Shown in pieces: positions 18,462 to 27,156 of a stretch of DNA of 64,000 bases (its first letter is position 1; each line of letters starts with the position of its first letter). This DNA comes from a virus. Its lineage: Duplodnaviria > Caudoviricetes. Made by a program: the position numbers and the translations under genes. Under the pieces are notes generated by a model. That model saw only the letters and a program-made list of their open reading frames with translations. It had not been told where the DNA came from and searched no databases. The stretch covers positions 77,695-141,694 of IMG/VR virus record IMGVR_UViG_2931736537_000001; one strand, written 5' to 3'.

Positions 18462-19532
18462 TCACCACACCCGCGCGGCGATGTGGATGTCCGGCACGTA
18501 CATCACCGGCATGGCCGCGGCGGCGACCTTGGTCCACACGGTGACGGGGTCGTCCGTGTAGCCGTGGGTCACGACGATGCCGGGGGCGTCCTCCCGCAGG
18601 ATCGCGGGGTTGGTGCCGCGGGACAGCTTCAGCGACTCGGCGGTGATGCCGTACTGCGTCTCGCCCCACTGCCGCACGTTGGGCGGCACCATCAGCCACA
18701 GGTTCTCCGGCAGCGCCCGGGGGTTGCTGCCGTCGTCCAGCGGGATCTGCACGTCGTACTCGACGATCTCGGGCAGGCCGTAGCGCGCCCGCACGGAGTC
18801 GACCTCGTTGGGGGCGAGGACGGCGGTGGGGATCTGCGAGCCCAGGAGCGCCCCGTAGAAGGCTGCGCGGTAGGACTGGTTCCCGGCGAGCAGGGCCTTG
18901 GCCTTGGACGACGTGAAGATGCGCTTGGGGATCGGCGCCCGGGCGTCGCGCAGGACCTGGATCCAGCGCATCTCGTCGCCGAGGGCGTCTGCGGTCGGGT
19001 CGGTCCACGGCACCGGTGCGACGGGCATGTGGGCGGCCGGCACCTGGGCGTCGTACTCGATGAACAGGTTGTTCTCACCGGCCAGCGTGAACTTGCCGTC
19101 GGACAGGAGGTCGCCGGCGGCCAGCTCCATCCGGGAGCGGATGGACAGCACGTGCGCGGCGACGTCGTCGTAGACGGACTGGACCAGGTCGTCGGTGTTC
19201 GCGCCGCGGTCGGCGTCGAGGAGCAGCTGCTCCATTTCGCCCACCAGGTACTTCTGTCCGAGGGGCGGCAGCTTTCCCTCGGTCTCCACCATCGTGATCT
19301 CGCGGGTCGCGACGGGCGTGGTCGCGTCCCAGGCGCGGAACTTGGCCGCCGGCACCCGGCGGTTCGTCTTCTTCACTCGCCACTTGACGGTGTTGAGCCG
19401 GGCCTCGGGCAGGACGCTGCGGGTCAGCTCGTAGTCGTCCGGGCTGGGGACGGCCCGCGCGAAGGCGTTGATGTCGGTCGGCGTCAGGTCGCGGAGCAGG
19501 AGCTCCAGCATGTCGTTCGTGTCGTTCGGCAT
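18462..19532 (-). CDS. Major capsid protein (gpE-like)
   Basis: 356 aa; AAKFRAWDA.TP, LPPLGQK..VGE.E, RMELAAGDLL.DGKF; follows the decoration protein. Confidence 0.9.
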   Translation of the reverse strand: MPNDTNDMLELLLRDLTPTDINAFARAVPSPDDYELTRSVLPEARLNTVKWRVKKTNRRVPAAKFRAWDATTPVATREITMVETEGKLPPLGQKYLVGEMEQLLLDADRGANTDDLVQSVYDDVAAHVLSIRSRMELAAGDLLSDGKFTLAGENNLFIEYDAQVPAAHMPVAPVPWTDPTADALGDEMRWIQVLRDARAPIPKRIFTSSKAKALLAGNQSYRAAFYGALLGSQIPTAVLAPNEVDSVRARYGLPEIVEYDVQIPLDDGSNPRALPENLWLMVPPNVRQWGETQYGITAESLKLSRGTNPAILREDAPGIVVTHGYTDDPVTVWTKVAAAAMPVMYVPDIHIAARVW

Positions 19533-19546
19533 GACGAAGCTCCCTC

Positions 19547-19960
19547 TTAGGCGCGGGCGAAGGTGAGGCTGGCGGTGGACTTGGCCACGGTGGCCGGGTC
19601 GAAGGCCACCGGCAGCTTGGCCGGGGCGATGAGGCCGTGGACGCGCAGCGCACCGCCGACGCGGGTGGAGCCGACGCCGAACTGGGTCTCCGTGTCGAGC
19701 AGGCCGGCGAAGATCTCGTGTCCGTCGGTGGCCGCGGGGTCGTACGGCTCGTACAGCCCGCTGGTGGTGTTGAGGGCGAGCGGCAGGCCGGACTTGAAGT
19801 GCGCCTCGACCGTTTTGATGCCGCGCTCCCAGTGGGTGTTCTCCGTGAACTTGGCGACGTCGAGGGTGATGGTCTGGTTGGTCTCGGTGCCGTGGCCGGA
19901 CAGCAGCCAGGGACGGCCAACCCTGAGCTGCTGGGTCGTGGTGATCGGCTGGATATCCAT
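19547..19960 (-). CDS. Head decoration protein
   Basis: SG.PLA..T.SGLY.PYD....DG.E..AGLL, VHG.I...KLP. Confidence 0.85.
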   Translation of the reverse strand: MDIQPITTTQQLRVGRPWLLSGHGTETNQTITLDVAKFTENTHWERGIKTVEAHFKSGLPLALNTTSGLYEPYDPAATDGHEIFAGLLDTETQFGVGSTRVGGALRVHGLIAPAKLPVAFDPATVAKSTASLTFARA

Positions 19961-20084
19961 GCCGGGGCTTCCTCCCGTTTCACGGGCGCTGCGGAAAGGC
20001 GGGGCACCGGGCGGTGCCGTCCACGGGGAGGAAGGGGGTGGGCGTGGTCCCAGGGGTGGAGCAGGTGGTGCGCGCGGCGGCCGG

Positions 20085-20915
20085 TCAGGCCGCCTTGTTG
20101 TCCGGGGTGCCGAACATGCGGGCCGCCATGGCGCGGCCGGCGTCGCCGGGCTTTCCGACGGGGGTCTGGCGCTGCGGCGGGCCGCCGGCCGGGGAGCCGC
20201 CCGGTGCGGGCGGGGGCGTCAGCTTCGGACCGCCCTCGTCGACGCCGAACAGGCCCGGGCGCCGCTTCTTGAGGTCCTTGGCCGCCTTCTTGATCGTGGC
20301 CTCGTCCGCGTCGGGGGTGTCCCGGAGTTCCTTGTCCAGCAGGACGAGGGCGTCCTCGAGGTCGGCGTCGCTGGCGCCGAGACCCATGAGGGTGGCCGTG
20401 CGCTGTGCTTCCTGCAGCTTGGCTTCGGCAGCGGCCAGCTTCTGGTCGGCGGCCGTCTCCTTCGCCGTGACGGCCTGCTCGCGCTTGGCGAACTCCGCCT
20501 GACGCTTCTGTTCGTCGGACAGCTGGGCTTCCTTGGCCTTCTTGGCGTCGGCGAGGATCTGCTTGATCTGCTCGGCGTCGACGGCCTCCGGGTCGAGTCC
20601 GGCCTCGGCGGCGAGGTCACGCAGGGCGGACTGCCGGCCCTGGTCCTTCTCCCGGGTCATCATCAGGTTCAGGCGCTTCTGGGTGAAGGAGACGGTCTCC
20701 TCTTCGCTTCCCCCCGGGTTGCCGCCGGGCTGCCGGTCGATGACGTCCTTCGGCGTGGGGGCCGGCGGCGCCGCGGGCGGAGCGGCGGGCGGGGTCGGCG
20801 GGTTGGGCGGGTCGTCCTCGCCGGAGCCGCCTGCGATGACGCGGACCGGGCGGCCGTTGACGTAGCCGACGATCGCGCCGGGTACGGGACGCGGTCGGGG
20901 GGTGCTGCGGTGCAT
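20085..20915 (-). CDS. Capsid scaffolding protein
   Basis: Pro-rich linker, FTQKRLN.MM.REK.QG, coiled coil; between portal and capsid; RBS GGAGG. Confidence 0.8.
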   Translation of the reverse strand: MHRSTPRPRPVPGAIVGYVNGRPVRVIAGGSGEDDPPNPPTPPAAPPAAPPAPTPKDVIDRQPGGNPGGSEEETVSFTQKRLNLMMTREKDQGRQSALRDLAAEAGLDPEAVDAEQIKQILADAKKAKEAQLSDEQKRQAEFAKREQAVTAKETAADQKLAAAEAKLQEAQRTATLMGLGASDADLEDALVLLDKELRDTPDADEATIKKAAKDLKKRRPGLFGVDEGGPKLTPPPAPGGSPAGGPPQRQTPVGKPGDAGRAMAARMFGTPDNKAA

Positions 20916-20943
20916 GCTGGAAGTCCTCCACCGGTGCGCCCCC

Positions 20944-20961
20944 GCGCCGTTTACGAGTGTA
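20944..20961 (-). promoter_or_regulatory. Putative late promoter motif (scaffold/capsid)
   Basis: Minus strand TACACT-CGTAA-ACGGCGC-GGGG. Confidence 0.45.
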
Positions 20962-20971
20962 GGGGTGATCT

Positions 20972-22819
20972 TCACTGCTGCTGTCCTGCGTCGTTGGCGC
21001 CGGTCTCAGCGGCTGCTGGGGCGGGCGGTTCGGAACGTTGGGCGCTCGGTCCGGTCAGTACGGGCACGGGCGGGTCGTCGGGGTCGGCGGGCTCCAGCCC
21101 CAGGTACTCCCGGACGGCGTCGGCGTCGCCGGTGGCGTCCGCGAGGGCGGCGGCCTGGTCGAAGGCGCGGGCCTGGATGCGTTCGATCTCGGCGGGGATG
21201 TCCTCGATCGGCCAGCCGCCCTCGGCGAGCATGCGCAGCGCGGTCTCCAGGCTGATGAGCCGGGCGGCGAACGCGGTGGCGACCTCCTCGAGGACGCCCA
21301 TGCGGTCGGTGGGCGTGTACGCGCCGAAGACGAGGGAGGCCGGGTGCACGGCGCGGCCGACCCAGTCGGGGTGCTGCCCGGCGATGAACAGCCGCTGCAC
21401 GAACCGCAGGAGGAGCTGGTACTTGTGCCGGCGGGCCAGGCGCATGGCGGCGACGAGCTTGTCGAGCGGGCCGAGGCTGATCTTCAGGGCGTACCCCGAG
21501 GGCATCTGCGCTGGGTCGTGGGTGCCCAGGGCGACCGCCGGGAGGCGGAGGTTGACCGCAGCGCGGTCGCGCAGGGTGTCCACGGTGGCCAGGAGCTGGG
21601 CGAGTTGGGGTGCGGTGTTCACGACGTCCATGCGCCCGCCGTCAGCCAGCTTGAAGACGGTGCCCGGCTCGACCTGGAGGCTGGCGCGGCCGTCCTGCAG
21701 CCCGGATACGGACAGGATCGGGATGCCGGTGGTCGCCGAGGCGCGGGCCGCGTCGGTGTCGGAGGCCGCCAGCTCGTCCAGGATCTGCAGGACCTTGGCG
21801 AGGGACGCCGTGCCCCAGTGCTCCCCGGCCGCGGGCACCGTGTTCGGGAGGTGGATCACCGGCACGAAGTCGATCACGAGGTCGAGCCCGTTGAGGACCT
21901 CGCCGTCGCTGCGCTGGGCGTAGGTGGCCTTGTCCATCGGCAGGTTGTCGACGTCGCTGGTGCGCTCGAGGTCCTCCAGCAGCCAGGTGGCGTCGGTCAG
22001 GTAGCAGGTGACGCTGGACGGCTCGTCGTTCCAGGCGTACTGCCGCCAGATCGTCCCGGCCTCGTCGGCGGCGTCCCCCTGGACGAGCTGCGGTTCGTCC
22101 TCACTTCCGGCCCAGGTGCGCTGGGGCCGGCCGTACCGGTCGGCGCTCGAGGTGGTGGCCGGCCGAATCGGACCGAGCTCGTAGGTGATGCGGCGCAGCC
22201 GGTCCTTCAGCCCGCGCCGGGGGTCGGCCGGCAGTTCCCACGCGAAGTGCACGCGCACCGGAAACTCTCCGTCGTCGTCGCCCAGCACTGGGAAGTAGAA
22301 GCCGGGATCCATCACACGGACGACCGGGCGCCGTTTGTCCGGCTCCCACGACAGCCGGTAGACGGCGTCGCCGAGGCCGACGGCCTTGCGCTCGGCCTGC
22401 AGCAGGCGCATGGGCAGTTGCTCGTCCTCTGCCCAGGTGAGGAGGTCGTCCTGGACGGCGCGGGCCTCTTCGGCGTCCGGGCTGTCGTCCTCGTCCTCGA
22501 CGCCGGCGACGACGATGCGCTGCTCGTCACCGAGGACGTCGGAGGTGATCGCCTCAATGAAGCTGGCCGGGTCTCCGTATTCACGCCGTTCACGGGCCTC
22601 GGGTCCGTCGCGCACCTCGGCGAGTTCGCCGGCCTGGTTGCCGTCGTAGGCGGCGAGGGTGGTGTACGCGGCCAGGCGCCGGACGTCGTCGTCGGGGACC
22701 CAGGTGGCGTAGGCGGACGGGAAGGCCCGGCGGTTGGGGTTGTTCGTGCTCGGGTCGGCGAACACCGGCTTGAAGTTCAGCCAGCCCCAGGTGTCGATCA
22801 GGAATTGCCGCAGGCCCAC
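20972..22819 (-). CDS. Portal protein
   Basis: 615 aa; GDAVYRLSW, DPGFYFP, DFVPVIHLPN, SGYALKIS.GPL, LISLETA; RBS GGAGG. Confidence 0.85.
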   Translation of the reverse strand: MGLRQFLIDTWGWLNFKPVFADPSTNNPNRRAFPSAYATWVPDDDVRRLAAYTTLAAYDGNQAGELAEVRDGPEARERREYGDPASFIEAITSDVLGDEQRIVVAGVEDEDDSPDAEEARAVQDDLLTWAEDEQLPMRLLQAERKAVGLGDAVYRLSWEPDKRRPVVRVMDPGFYFPVLGDDDGEFPVRVHFAWELPADPRRGLKDRLRRITYELGPIRPATTSSADRYGRPQRTWAGSEDEPQLVQGDAADEAGTIWRQYAWNDEPSSVTCYLTDATWLLEDLERTSDVDNLPMDKATYAQRSDGEVLNGLDLVIDFVPVIHLPNTVPAAGEHWGTASLAKVLQILDELAASDTDAARASATTGIPILSVSGLQDGRASLQVEPGTVFKLADGGRMDVVNTAPQLAQLLATVDTLRDRAAVNLRLPAVALGTHDPAQMPSGYALKISLGPLDKLVAAMRLARRHKYQLLLRFVQRLFIAGQHPDWVGRAVHPASLVFGAYTPTDRMGVLEEVATAFAARLISLETALRMLAEGGWPIEDIPAEIERIQARAFDQAAALADATGDADAVREYLGLEPADPDDPPVPVLTGPSAQRSEPPAPAAAETGANDAGQQQ

Positions 22820-22845
22820 GTCGTCCCTCCGGACAAGTCGGCCCC

Positions 22846-22863
22846 GCGCCGTGATCAAGGATA
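22846..22863 (-). promoter_or_regulatory. Putative late promoter motif (portal)
   Basis: Minus strand TATCCT-TGATC-ACGGCGC-GGGG. Confidence 0.5.
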
Positions 22864-22933
22864 TCGGCGCGGGCTGGCCGGTCCTGCGGGCGTGGCCCGG
22901 CCTGATCTTTCTCGGGCAACCTCCTTCCATCCT

Positions 22934-22950
22934 TACAACGTACCGTTGTA
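22934..22950 (+). promoter_or_regulatory. 17-bp palindromic operator, copy 1
   Basis: TACAACG-tac-CGTTGTA between TTCCAT and TATGGT. Confidence 0.85.
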
Positions 22951-22969
22951 TGGTCGAACCCGAGCCAAA

Positions 22970-22986
22970 GGCAACGGAACGTTGTA
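22970..22986 (+). promoter_or_regulatory. 17-bp operator, copy 2 (imperfect)
   Basis: GGCAACG-gaa-CGTTGTA-TAGT. Confidence 0.75.
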
Positions 22987-23030
22987 TAGTCAGCGCCGGG
23001 AAAGGCTCGCCCGGCGCGGGAGGAGAAACC

Positions 23031-23252
23031 GTGGAAGGCGCAACGCGGCCGCAGGGCCCCGCACACCCCGACGTGACGGTCCAGCTGTCCGGAGAAGACA
23101 GCAACGCGTACAACATCGTCGGACAGGTCTGCAGGGCGCTGCGACGGGCCGGACACCCCGAGGCGGCCTCGGAGTTCGCGGCGACGGCATTCCGGTCGAC
23201 GTCGCACGACGAGCTGCTGCAACTGGCCATGTGCACGGTCGACGTGCACTGA
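23031..23252 (+). CDS. Small hypothetical phage protein
   Basis: VQLSGEDSNAYNIVG.V.RALRRAG; RBS GGAGGAG. Confidence 0.75.
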   Translation: MEGATRPQGPAHPDVTVQLSGEDSNAYNIVGQVCRALRRAGHPEAASEFAATAFRSTSHDELLQLAMCTVDVH

Positions 23253-23263
23253 CACCCGGATCA

Positions 23264-23300
23264 GCGCGGTCCGCCCCGAGGCAAGCGGGGCGGACCGCGC
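23264..23300 (+). terminator. Hairpin with AGGCAAG loop, copy 1
   Basis: 15-bp perfect stem GCGCGGTCCGCCCCG/CGGGGCGGACCGCGC. Confidence 0.7.
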
Positions 23301-23330
23301 GTCCATCGTCGCAGATCGGAGACAGAGGAC

Positions 23331-23567
23331 ATGAGCGGCAAGCAGGAACAGCAGAAGGCGCCGGAAGTCTGGGGCTACGCGAAGGTCGCCGAGGTGTCCG
23401 GCGTGAAGGTGCCCACCCTGCGCCGGTACAAGAAGGAGGGCCACATGCCTGCCCCGGACATCGCCGTGGGGAACTCGCCCGGCTGGTTCCCGGCGACCAT
23501 CGAGAAGTGGCTCAAGGACCGCCCCGGCAGGGGCTTCCGGTCGGACCTGAAGGACCAGGACTCCTGA
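23331..23567 (+). CDS. AlpA/MerR-like HTH DNA-binding protein (candidate regulon repressor)
   Basis: YAKVAEVSGVKVPTLRRY...PAPD..VGNSPGW...TIEKW..DRPGRG. Confidence 0.8.
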   Translation: MSGKQEQQKAPEVWGYAKVAEVSGVKVPTLRRYKKEGHMPAPDIAVGNSPGWFPATIEKWLKDRPGRGFRSDLKDQDS

Positions 23568-23678
23568 CGCCGCCCAGCCCGCCGGCGCCGCCTCGACGCG
23601 CCCCCGCTCCCCCGCCGGAGCCGGGGCGCGCGGCGTTTCCGGAGGGGTTGAGGAAGATCAGAAAAGCCCTTCTCACCT

Positions 23679-23695
23679 TACAACGCAACGTTGTA
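23679..23695 (+). promoter_or_regulatory. 17-bp operator, copy 3
   Basis: ACCTTACAACG-caa-CGTTGTAAGGT, an extended palindrome. Confidence 0.85.
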
Positions 23696-23739
23696 AGGTT
23701 ATGGGAGAGGCCGGGCCCGCCGGCCAGGAGAGGAGTCCG

Positions 23740-24234
23740 ATGTTCACCGTCAGCCTGGACCTCAACGACCACGGCCTGCCCAAGAGCGACCCGCTGAAGG
23801 TCCACGCCGTCGGCGACTGGGTGCACGGCACGACCAGCATCCGGTACGCCTTCCACGACCCGGCGATCCACTTCCCCGACTCGGACTGCCCGATCACCGG
23901 CGTCCTGCTGATCGACAAGTACATCGACCCGGTCTACCGGGACGACCCGGCCGGGTACGACTTCGACGACGAGCCGGCCGTGTCGGTCAGCCTCGGCGAC
24001 CCCCGGGCCGCCGACGTGCACGACCAGATGCTGGAGGTCGGGGACTGGGGCCTCACCGGCCATGTGGTCTGCAGCGACCTGTACATGAACCCGGGACCGC
24101 ACCCGGACCACGCCGACCGGCACCCCTTCGACTTCCGCGTCGGCCTGGACGCCCCCACCCACCACCTGGCTGCGAGCCTCCTGCGGGCCGCCGCCTCCGA
24201 CTACGTGCAGCGCTGGAAGGCGGTAAGCATCTGA
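23740..24234 (+). CDS. Hypothetical protein (cassette gene)
   Basis: RBS GAGGAG; acidic, 164 aa; followed by hairpin GCGCCCCGG/CCGGGGCGC. Confidence 0.75.
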   Translation: MFTVSLDLNDHGLPKSDPLKVHAVGDWVHGTTSIRYAFHDPAIHFPDSDCPITGVLLIDKYIDPVYRDDPAGYDFDDEPAVSVSLGDPRAADVHDQMLEVGDWGLTGHVVCSDLYMNPGPHPDHADRHPFDFRVGLDAPTHHLAASLLRAAASDYVQRWKAVSI

Positions 24235-24300
24235 CCTGCGCCCCGGCAGCCCTCCGGGGCGCAGCCGCGTGAAGAAGATCGGCGTCACGACTTCCAACCT

Positions 24301-24317
24301 TACAACGCTTCGTTGTA
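24301..24317 (+). promoter_or_regulatory. 17-bp operator, copy 4
   Basis: TACAACG-ctt-CGTTGTA. Confidence 0.85.
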
Positions 24318-24361
24318 TTGTCGGGGTGCAAGGAACGGCCCGGCACCACGAAGGAGACGAG

Positions 24362-24616
24362 ATGGACCTCGACAACACCACCGCCGACCAGGTCTTCCAG
24401 GCGGCCAGTACGGCCACCTTCCGCAGGACCAACCTCGGGATGACTGCCGACGTACCGGTCGACGGCTACCGCTACCGGGTCATCGTCGAGGACCGCTACC
24501 TGGCCCACACCGACTGCCGGGAGGGCTACGGCGGCACCGAGTGGACCTACGCCAACGCCACCCAGGAGCAGGACCGGGCGCTGCGCGCGGCGATCGCCGC
24601 CCAGACCGCCAAGTAG
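24362..24616 (+). CDS. Hypothetical protein, paralog of 25516-25767
   Basis: MDLDNTTADQVFQAA...LGMTA...AT.EQDRALR.AIA; RBS AAGGAG. Confidence 0.8.
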   Translation: MDLDNTTADQVFQAASTATFRRTNLGMTADVPVDGYRYRVIVEDRYLAHTDCREGYGGTEWTYANATQEQDRALRAAIAAQTAK

Positions 24617-24622
24617 CCGGCC

Positions 24623-24667
24623 GCGGCGGGGGCTTGCCGCGAGGCAAGCGCGGCAAGCCCCCGCCGC
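24623..24667 (+). terminator. Hairpin with AGGCAAG loop, copy 2
   Basis: 19-bp perfect stem. Confidence 0.7.
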
Positions 24668-24697
24668 CCGGCCCGACCGTCCAGCGAGGAGGACACC

Positions 24698-25321
24698 GTG
24701 ACCGTCACCTTCACCGCCGCGCACCGCCCGCCCGTCGGCTACGCGGTCAGCTGCGGCTGCGACGAGGCCACCGCGCGCGCTCCGCGCTACGGCGCCTGGC
24801 GCGATGCACAGGACGCCGCCGACCGGGCCAACGCCGCGGCGGACGCCCGACGCCCCCTGCCCGGCTGCGCCATGCCCGAGACCTGCCCCGAGTACCCGCT
24901 GTACGCCGAGGAGGTCGACCCCGACGGGCGGGTGCCGGACGTGACGGTCTCGAGTATCAACGCCGTCGGCGTGCTGGAGGCCCTGGGGGTCGCGCTCGCC
25001 GCCGAGCCGGACGCCGCCGAGCCGGACGCCGTCGAGAGCGAGGCGCTCGAGGGCGGCATGCCCCTGGAGGCGCCGGAGGACGGCGTGGTCGTGCCGATCG
25101 CGGTGGTCGACGCCTGCGGCGAGCTGCCCGTGGAGGACTTCCGCGCGCGGGTGCTCACGGCCCTGGGCCTGGCGCCCGAGGACCCGGGGGTCCCGGGCAT
25201 CCAGCTCGGACGCACGTACGTGGGCGGGCGCCCGGCCGGGTACCTGCAGCGCCGCCTGCAGGACCTGTACGCGCTGGCGGACTGGTGCGCCGCACACGGC
25301 CGCGACGTGGCCTGGTACTGA
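24698..25321 (+). CDS. Hypothetical protein
   Basis: RBS GAGGAGG, GTG start; Cys-rich N-terminus; GYLQRRL..L..LA; followed by a GC hairpin. Confidence 0.75.
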   Translation: MTVTFTAAHRPPVGYAVSCGCDEATARAPRYGAWRDAQDAADRANAAADARRPLPGCAMPETCPEYPLYAEEVDPDGRVPDVTVSSINAVGVLEALGVALAAEPDAAEPDAVESEALEGGMPLEAPEDGVVVPIAVVDACGELPVEDFRARVLTALGLAPEDPGVPGIQLGRTYVGGRPAGYLQRRLQDLYALADWCAAHGRDVAWY

Positions 25322-25453
25322 CGGCCCGCCCCGTTCAGCCAGGGGCGGGCCGACCGGCCCGCACAGGCCCACGTCGGCAGGGGGCCGGCACTCCCGCAAC
25401 ATCTCTGACCTGCGGTTTTCTTCTGTAAATCCAGGCGACACGGGTTCCAACTT

Positions 25454-25470
25454 TACAACGCAGCGTTGTA
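25454..25470 (+). promoter_or_regulatory. 17-bp operator, copy 5
   Basis: TACAACG-cag-CGTTGTA. Confidence 0.85.
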
Positions 25471-25515
25471 ACGTCGTGATCGCCAGGAACGCACCGCCGC
25501 ACGAAGGGATACGAG

Positions 25516-25767
25516 ATGCACCTCGACCGCGTCACCGCCGACAAGGTCTTCGAGGCCGCCTGCCAGGCCCGGTTCCACCCCACCGGCCACCTCGGGATGA
25601 CCGCCCAGGTGTTCATCGACGAGTACACCTACCGGATCTGCATCACCGACGAGCGCCCCGCCCGCACCGACCTTCGGGCGGGCTGGGGCGACGCCGAGGA
25701 GGCCCTCGCCGAGGCCACCCCCGAGCAGGACCGGGCGCTGCGCGAGGCGATCGCCAGCCCTGCGTAG
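25516..25767 (+). CDS. Hypothetical protein, paralog of 24362-24616
   Basis: MHLDRVTADKVFEAA...LGMTA...ATPEQDRALREAIA. Confidence 0.8.
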   Translation: MHLDRVTADKVFEAACQARFHPTGHLGMTAQVFIDEYTYRICITDERPARTDLRAGWGDAEEALAEATPEQDRALREAIASPA

Positions 25768-25778
25768 CCACACCCCCA

Positions 25779-25811
25779 GGGGCCCGCCTCGAGGCAAGCG
25801 AGGCGGGCCCC
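25779..25811 (+). terminator. Hairpin with AGGCAAG loop, copy 3
   Basis: 13-bp stem GGGGCCCGCCTCG/CGAGGCGGGCCCC. Confidence 0.7.
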
Positions 25812-25879
25812 GCCGCCTGTGACGCAGGGCTCCGATCAGCGGGCTTCTTCAAGAGATCGGCCGACCCGACTTCCCACCT

Positions 25880-25896
25880 TACAACGCTCCGTTGTA
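25880..25896 (+). promoter_or_regulatory. 17-bp operator, copy 6
   Basis: TACAACG-ctc-CGTTGTA-TAGT. Confidence 0.85.
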
Positions 25897-25950
25897 TAGT
25901 TGTGGTGTTGGCAGGGCGGGGAACCGCCCACGGACGAACGAGGAGCGACC

Positions 25951-26289
25951 ATGGACAACACCAGGCGCCACGCCCGGATCTGCATCCACCTCGCACAGCG
26001 GGAGGTCACCGAGGCCCACGGTCCGGTGACCGACCTGGATGCCACCGAGCGCCGCTGGCGGCGCGAGGACCTGGCCTCCGCCTTCCGCGACTACCGCGAG
26101 ATCCGCGTACAGGGAGTCGGGGCGACCTGGCGCGAGGCCCTGCAGGACGCAGCCTCCCGAGGCCGCTTCAACCTCACCCCCTACGACGGCAACCTGGACG
26201 ACGCGCGCGACGCCCTGGCGCGCGGCGCCATATGGGACTTCACCGCCACCCCGAACGGGACGGCGCTCGTAGGCCCCCTGGCCTTCTAG
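25951..26289 (+). CDS. Hypothetical protein (cassette gene)
   Basis: RBS GAGGAG; 112 aa. Confidence 0.75.
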   Translation: MDNTRRHARICIHLAQREVTEAHGPVTDLDATERRWRREDLASAFRDYREIRVQGVGATWREALQDAASRGRFNLTPYDGNLDDARDALARGAIWDFTATPNGTALVGPLAF

Positions 26290-26461
26290 CCCGCCCCCCT
26301 GGCCGCCCGGCCCCCACCGGGCGGCCTTCCCCGTTGCGGCCAGCAAGCGGGGCGCCCGGCGCCTTCACGGGCGCACGTGACCCCGACCGGCCTCGATCCC
26401 GAGGTCGACGCTACGGGGCCGGCATGTCGGCCCAGGAAGATCGCGCACGCGCTTCCATCGT

Positions 26462-26478
26462 TACAACGCTCCGTTGTA
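26462..26478 (+). promoter_or_regulatory. 17-bp operator, copy 7
   Basis: TACAACG-ctc-CGTTGTA-TAGT. Confidence 0.85.
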
Positions 26479-26541
26479 TAGTTGATCTCGAAGGGGACGG
26501 GGAAGGCCCCCGGACCTTGATGCACACAGAGGGAGCGCAGC

Positions 26542-26754
26542 ATGCACGAGATGACGGTCGCCGAACTGATCGAGCAGCTCGAGGAGATGGACCCGGAGGC
26601 GACGGTGCGCCTGGCCATTCAGCCGACCTACCCCTTCGAGCACAGCCTCGCCAAGGCGGTCCAGGCCGAGGACGGCACCTGCTACCTCGCCGAGGGCGAG
26701 CAGCTGGGCTACCTCAGCGACCGGGCCAGCGAGGACATCGGCTGGGGCCGCTAG
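26542..26754 (+). CDS. Small acidic phage protein
   Basis: MTVAELIEQLEEMDPEATVRLA.QP.YPF; RBS GAGGGAG. Confidence 0.8.
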   Translation: MHEMTVAELIEQLEEMDPEATVRLAIQPTYPFEHSLAKAVQAEDGTCYLAEGEQLGYLSDRASEDIGWGR

Positions 26755-26765
26755 CTCGGACACGC

Positions 26766-26798
26766 AGGGCCCGCCCCGAGGCAAGCGGGGCGGGCCCT
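26766..26798 (+). terminator. Hairpin with AGGCAAG loop, copy 4
   Basis: 13-bp stem AGGGCCCGCCCCG/CGGGGCGGGCCCT. Confidence 0.7.
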
Positions 26799-26864
26799 CG
26801 CTTTCGTTGCCCCGCGGGCCCCCTTCGGGCCGGCCCGGAAAGATCCCGAACCGACTTCCATCGT

Positions 26865-26881
26865 TACAACGCTACGTTGTA
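26865..26881 (+). promoter_or_regulatory. 17-bp operator, copy 8
   Basis: TACAACG-cta-CGTTGTA-TAGT. Confidence 0.85.
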
Positions 26882-26931
26882 TAGTTGGGGTGCGAGCGGG
26901 GGACGGCCCCGGAAGACGGAAGGGAAGCGCG

Positions 26932-27156
26932 ATGCTGTACATGCTCAAGGAACTCGACTCCAAGGGCCGCATCTTCCAGGACGACGACACGACCGAGTAC
27001 TTCAGCGCGGCCGACTACGGCAGCGACGACGCTGCGAAGGCAGCCGCGATGGACGCGTACAACTGGCGGGTCCGCCAGACCGACGAGGCTTGGGGTGACG
27101 GGGTCGGCAAGACCCGGTGGACCCTCCTGGAGTGGGGGCCCGGGCCCAAGCCCTAG
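26932..27156 (+). CDS. Small hypothetical protein (cassette gene)
   Basis: RBS AAGGGA; 74 aa; followed by a hairpin shared with the convergent terL. Confidence 0.7.
   Translation: MLYMLKELDSKGRIFQDDDTTEYFSAADYGSDDAAKAAAMDAYNWRVRQTDEAWGDGVGKTRWTLLEWGPGPKP

Noticed and set aside
22934-26881. CRISPR array interpretation of the palindromic repeats
   Set aside because: Intervals are mostly 400-1150 bp, irregular and contain genes; copies also occur tens of kb away; no cas genes.
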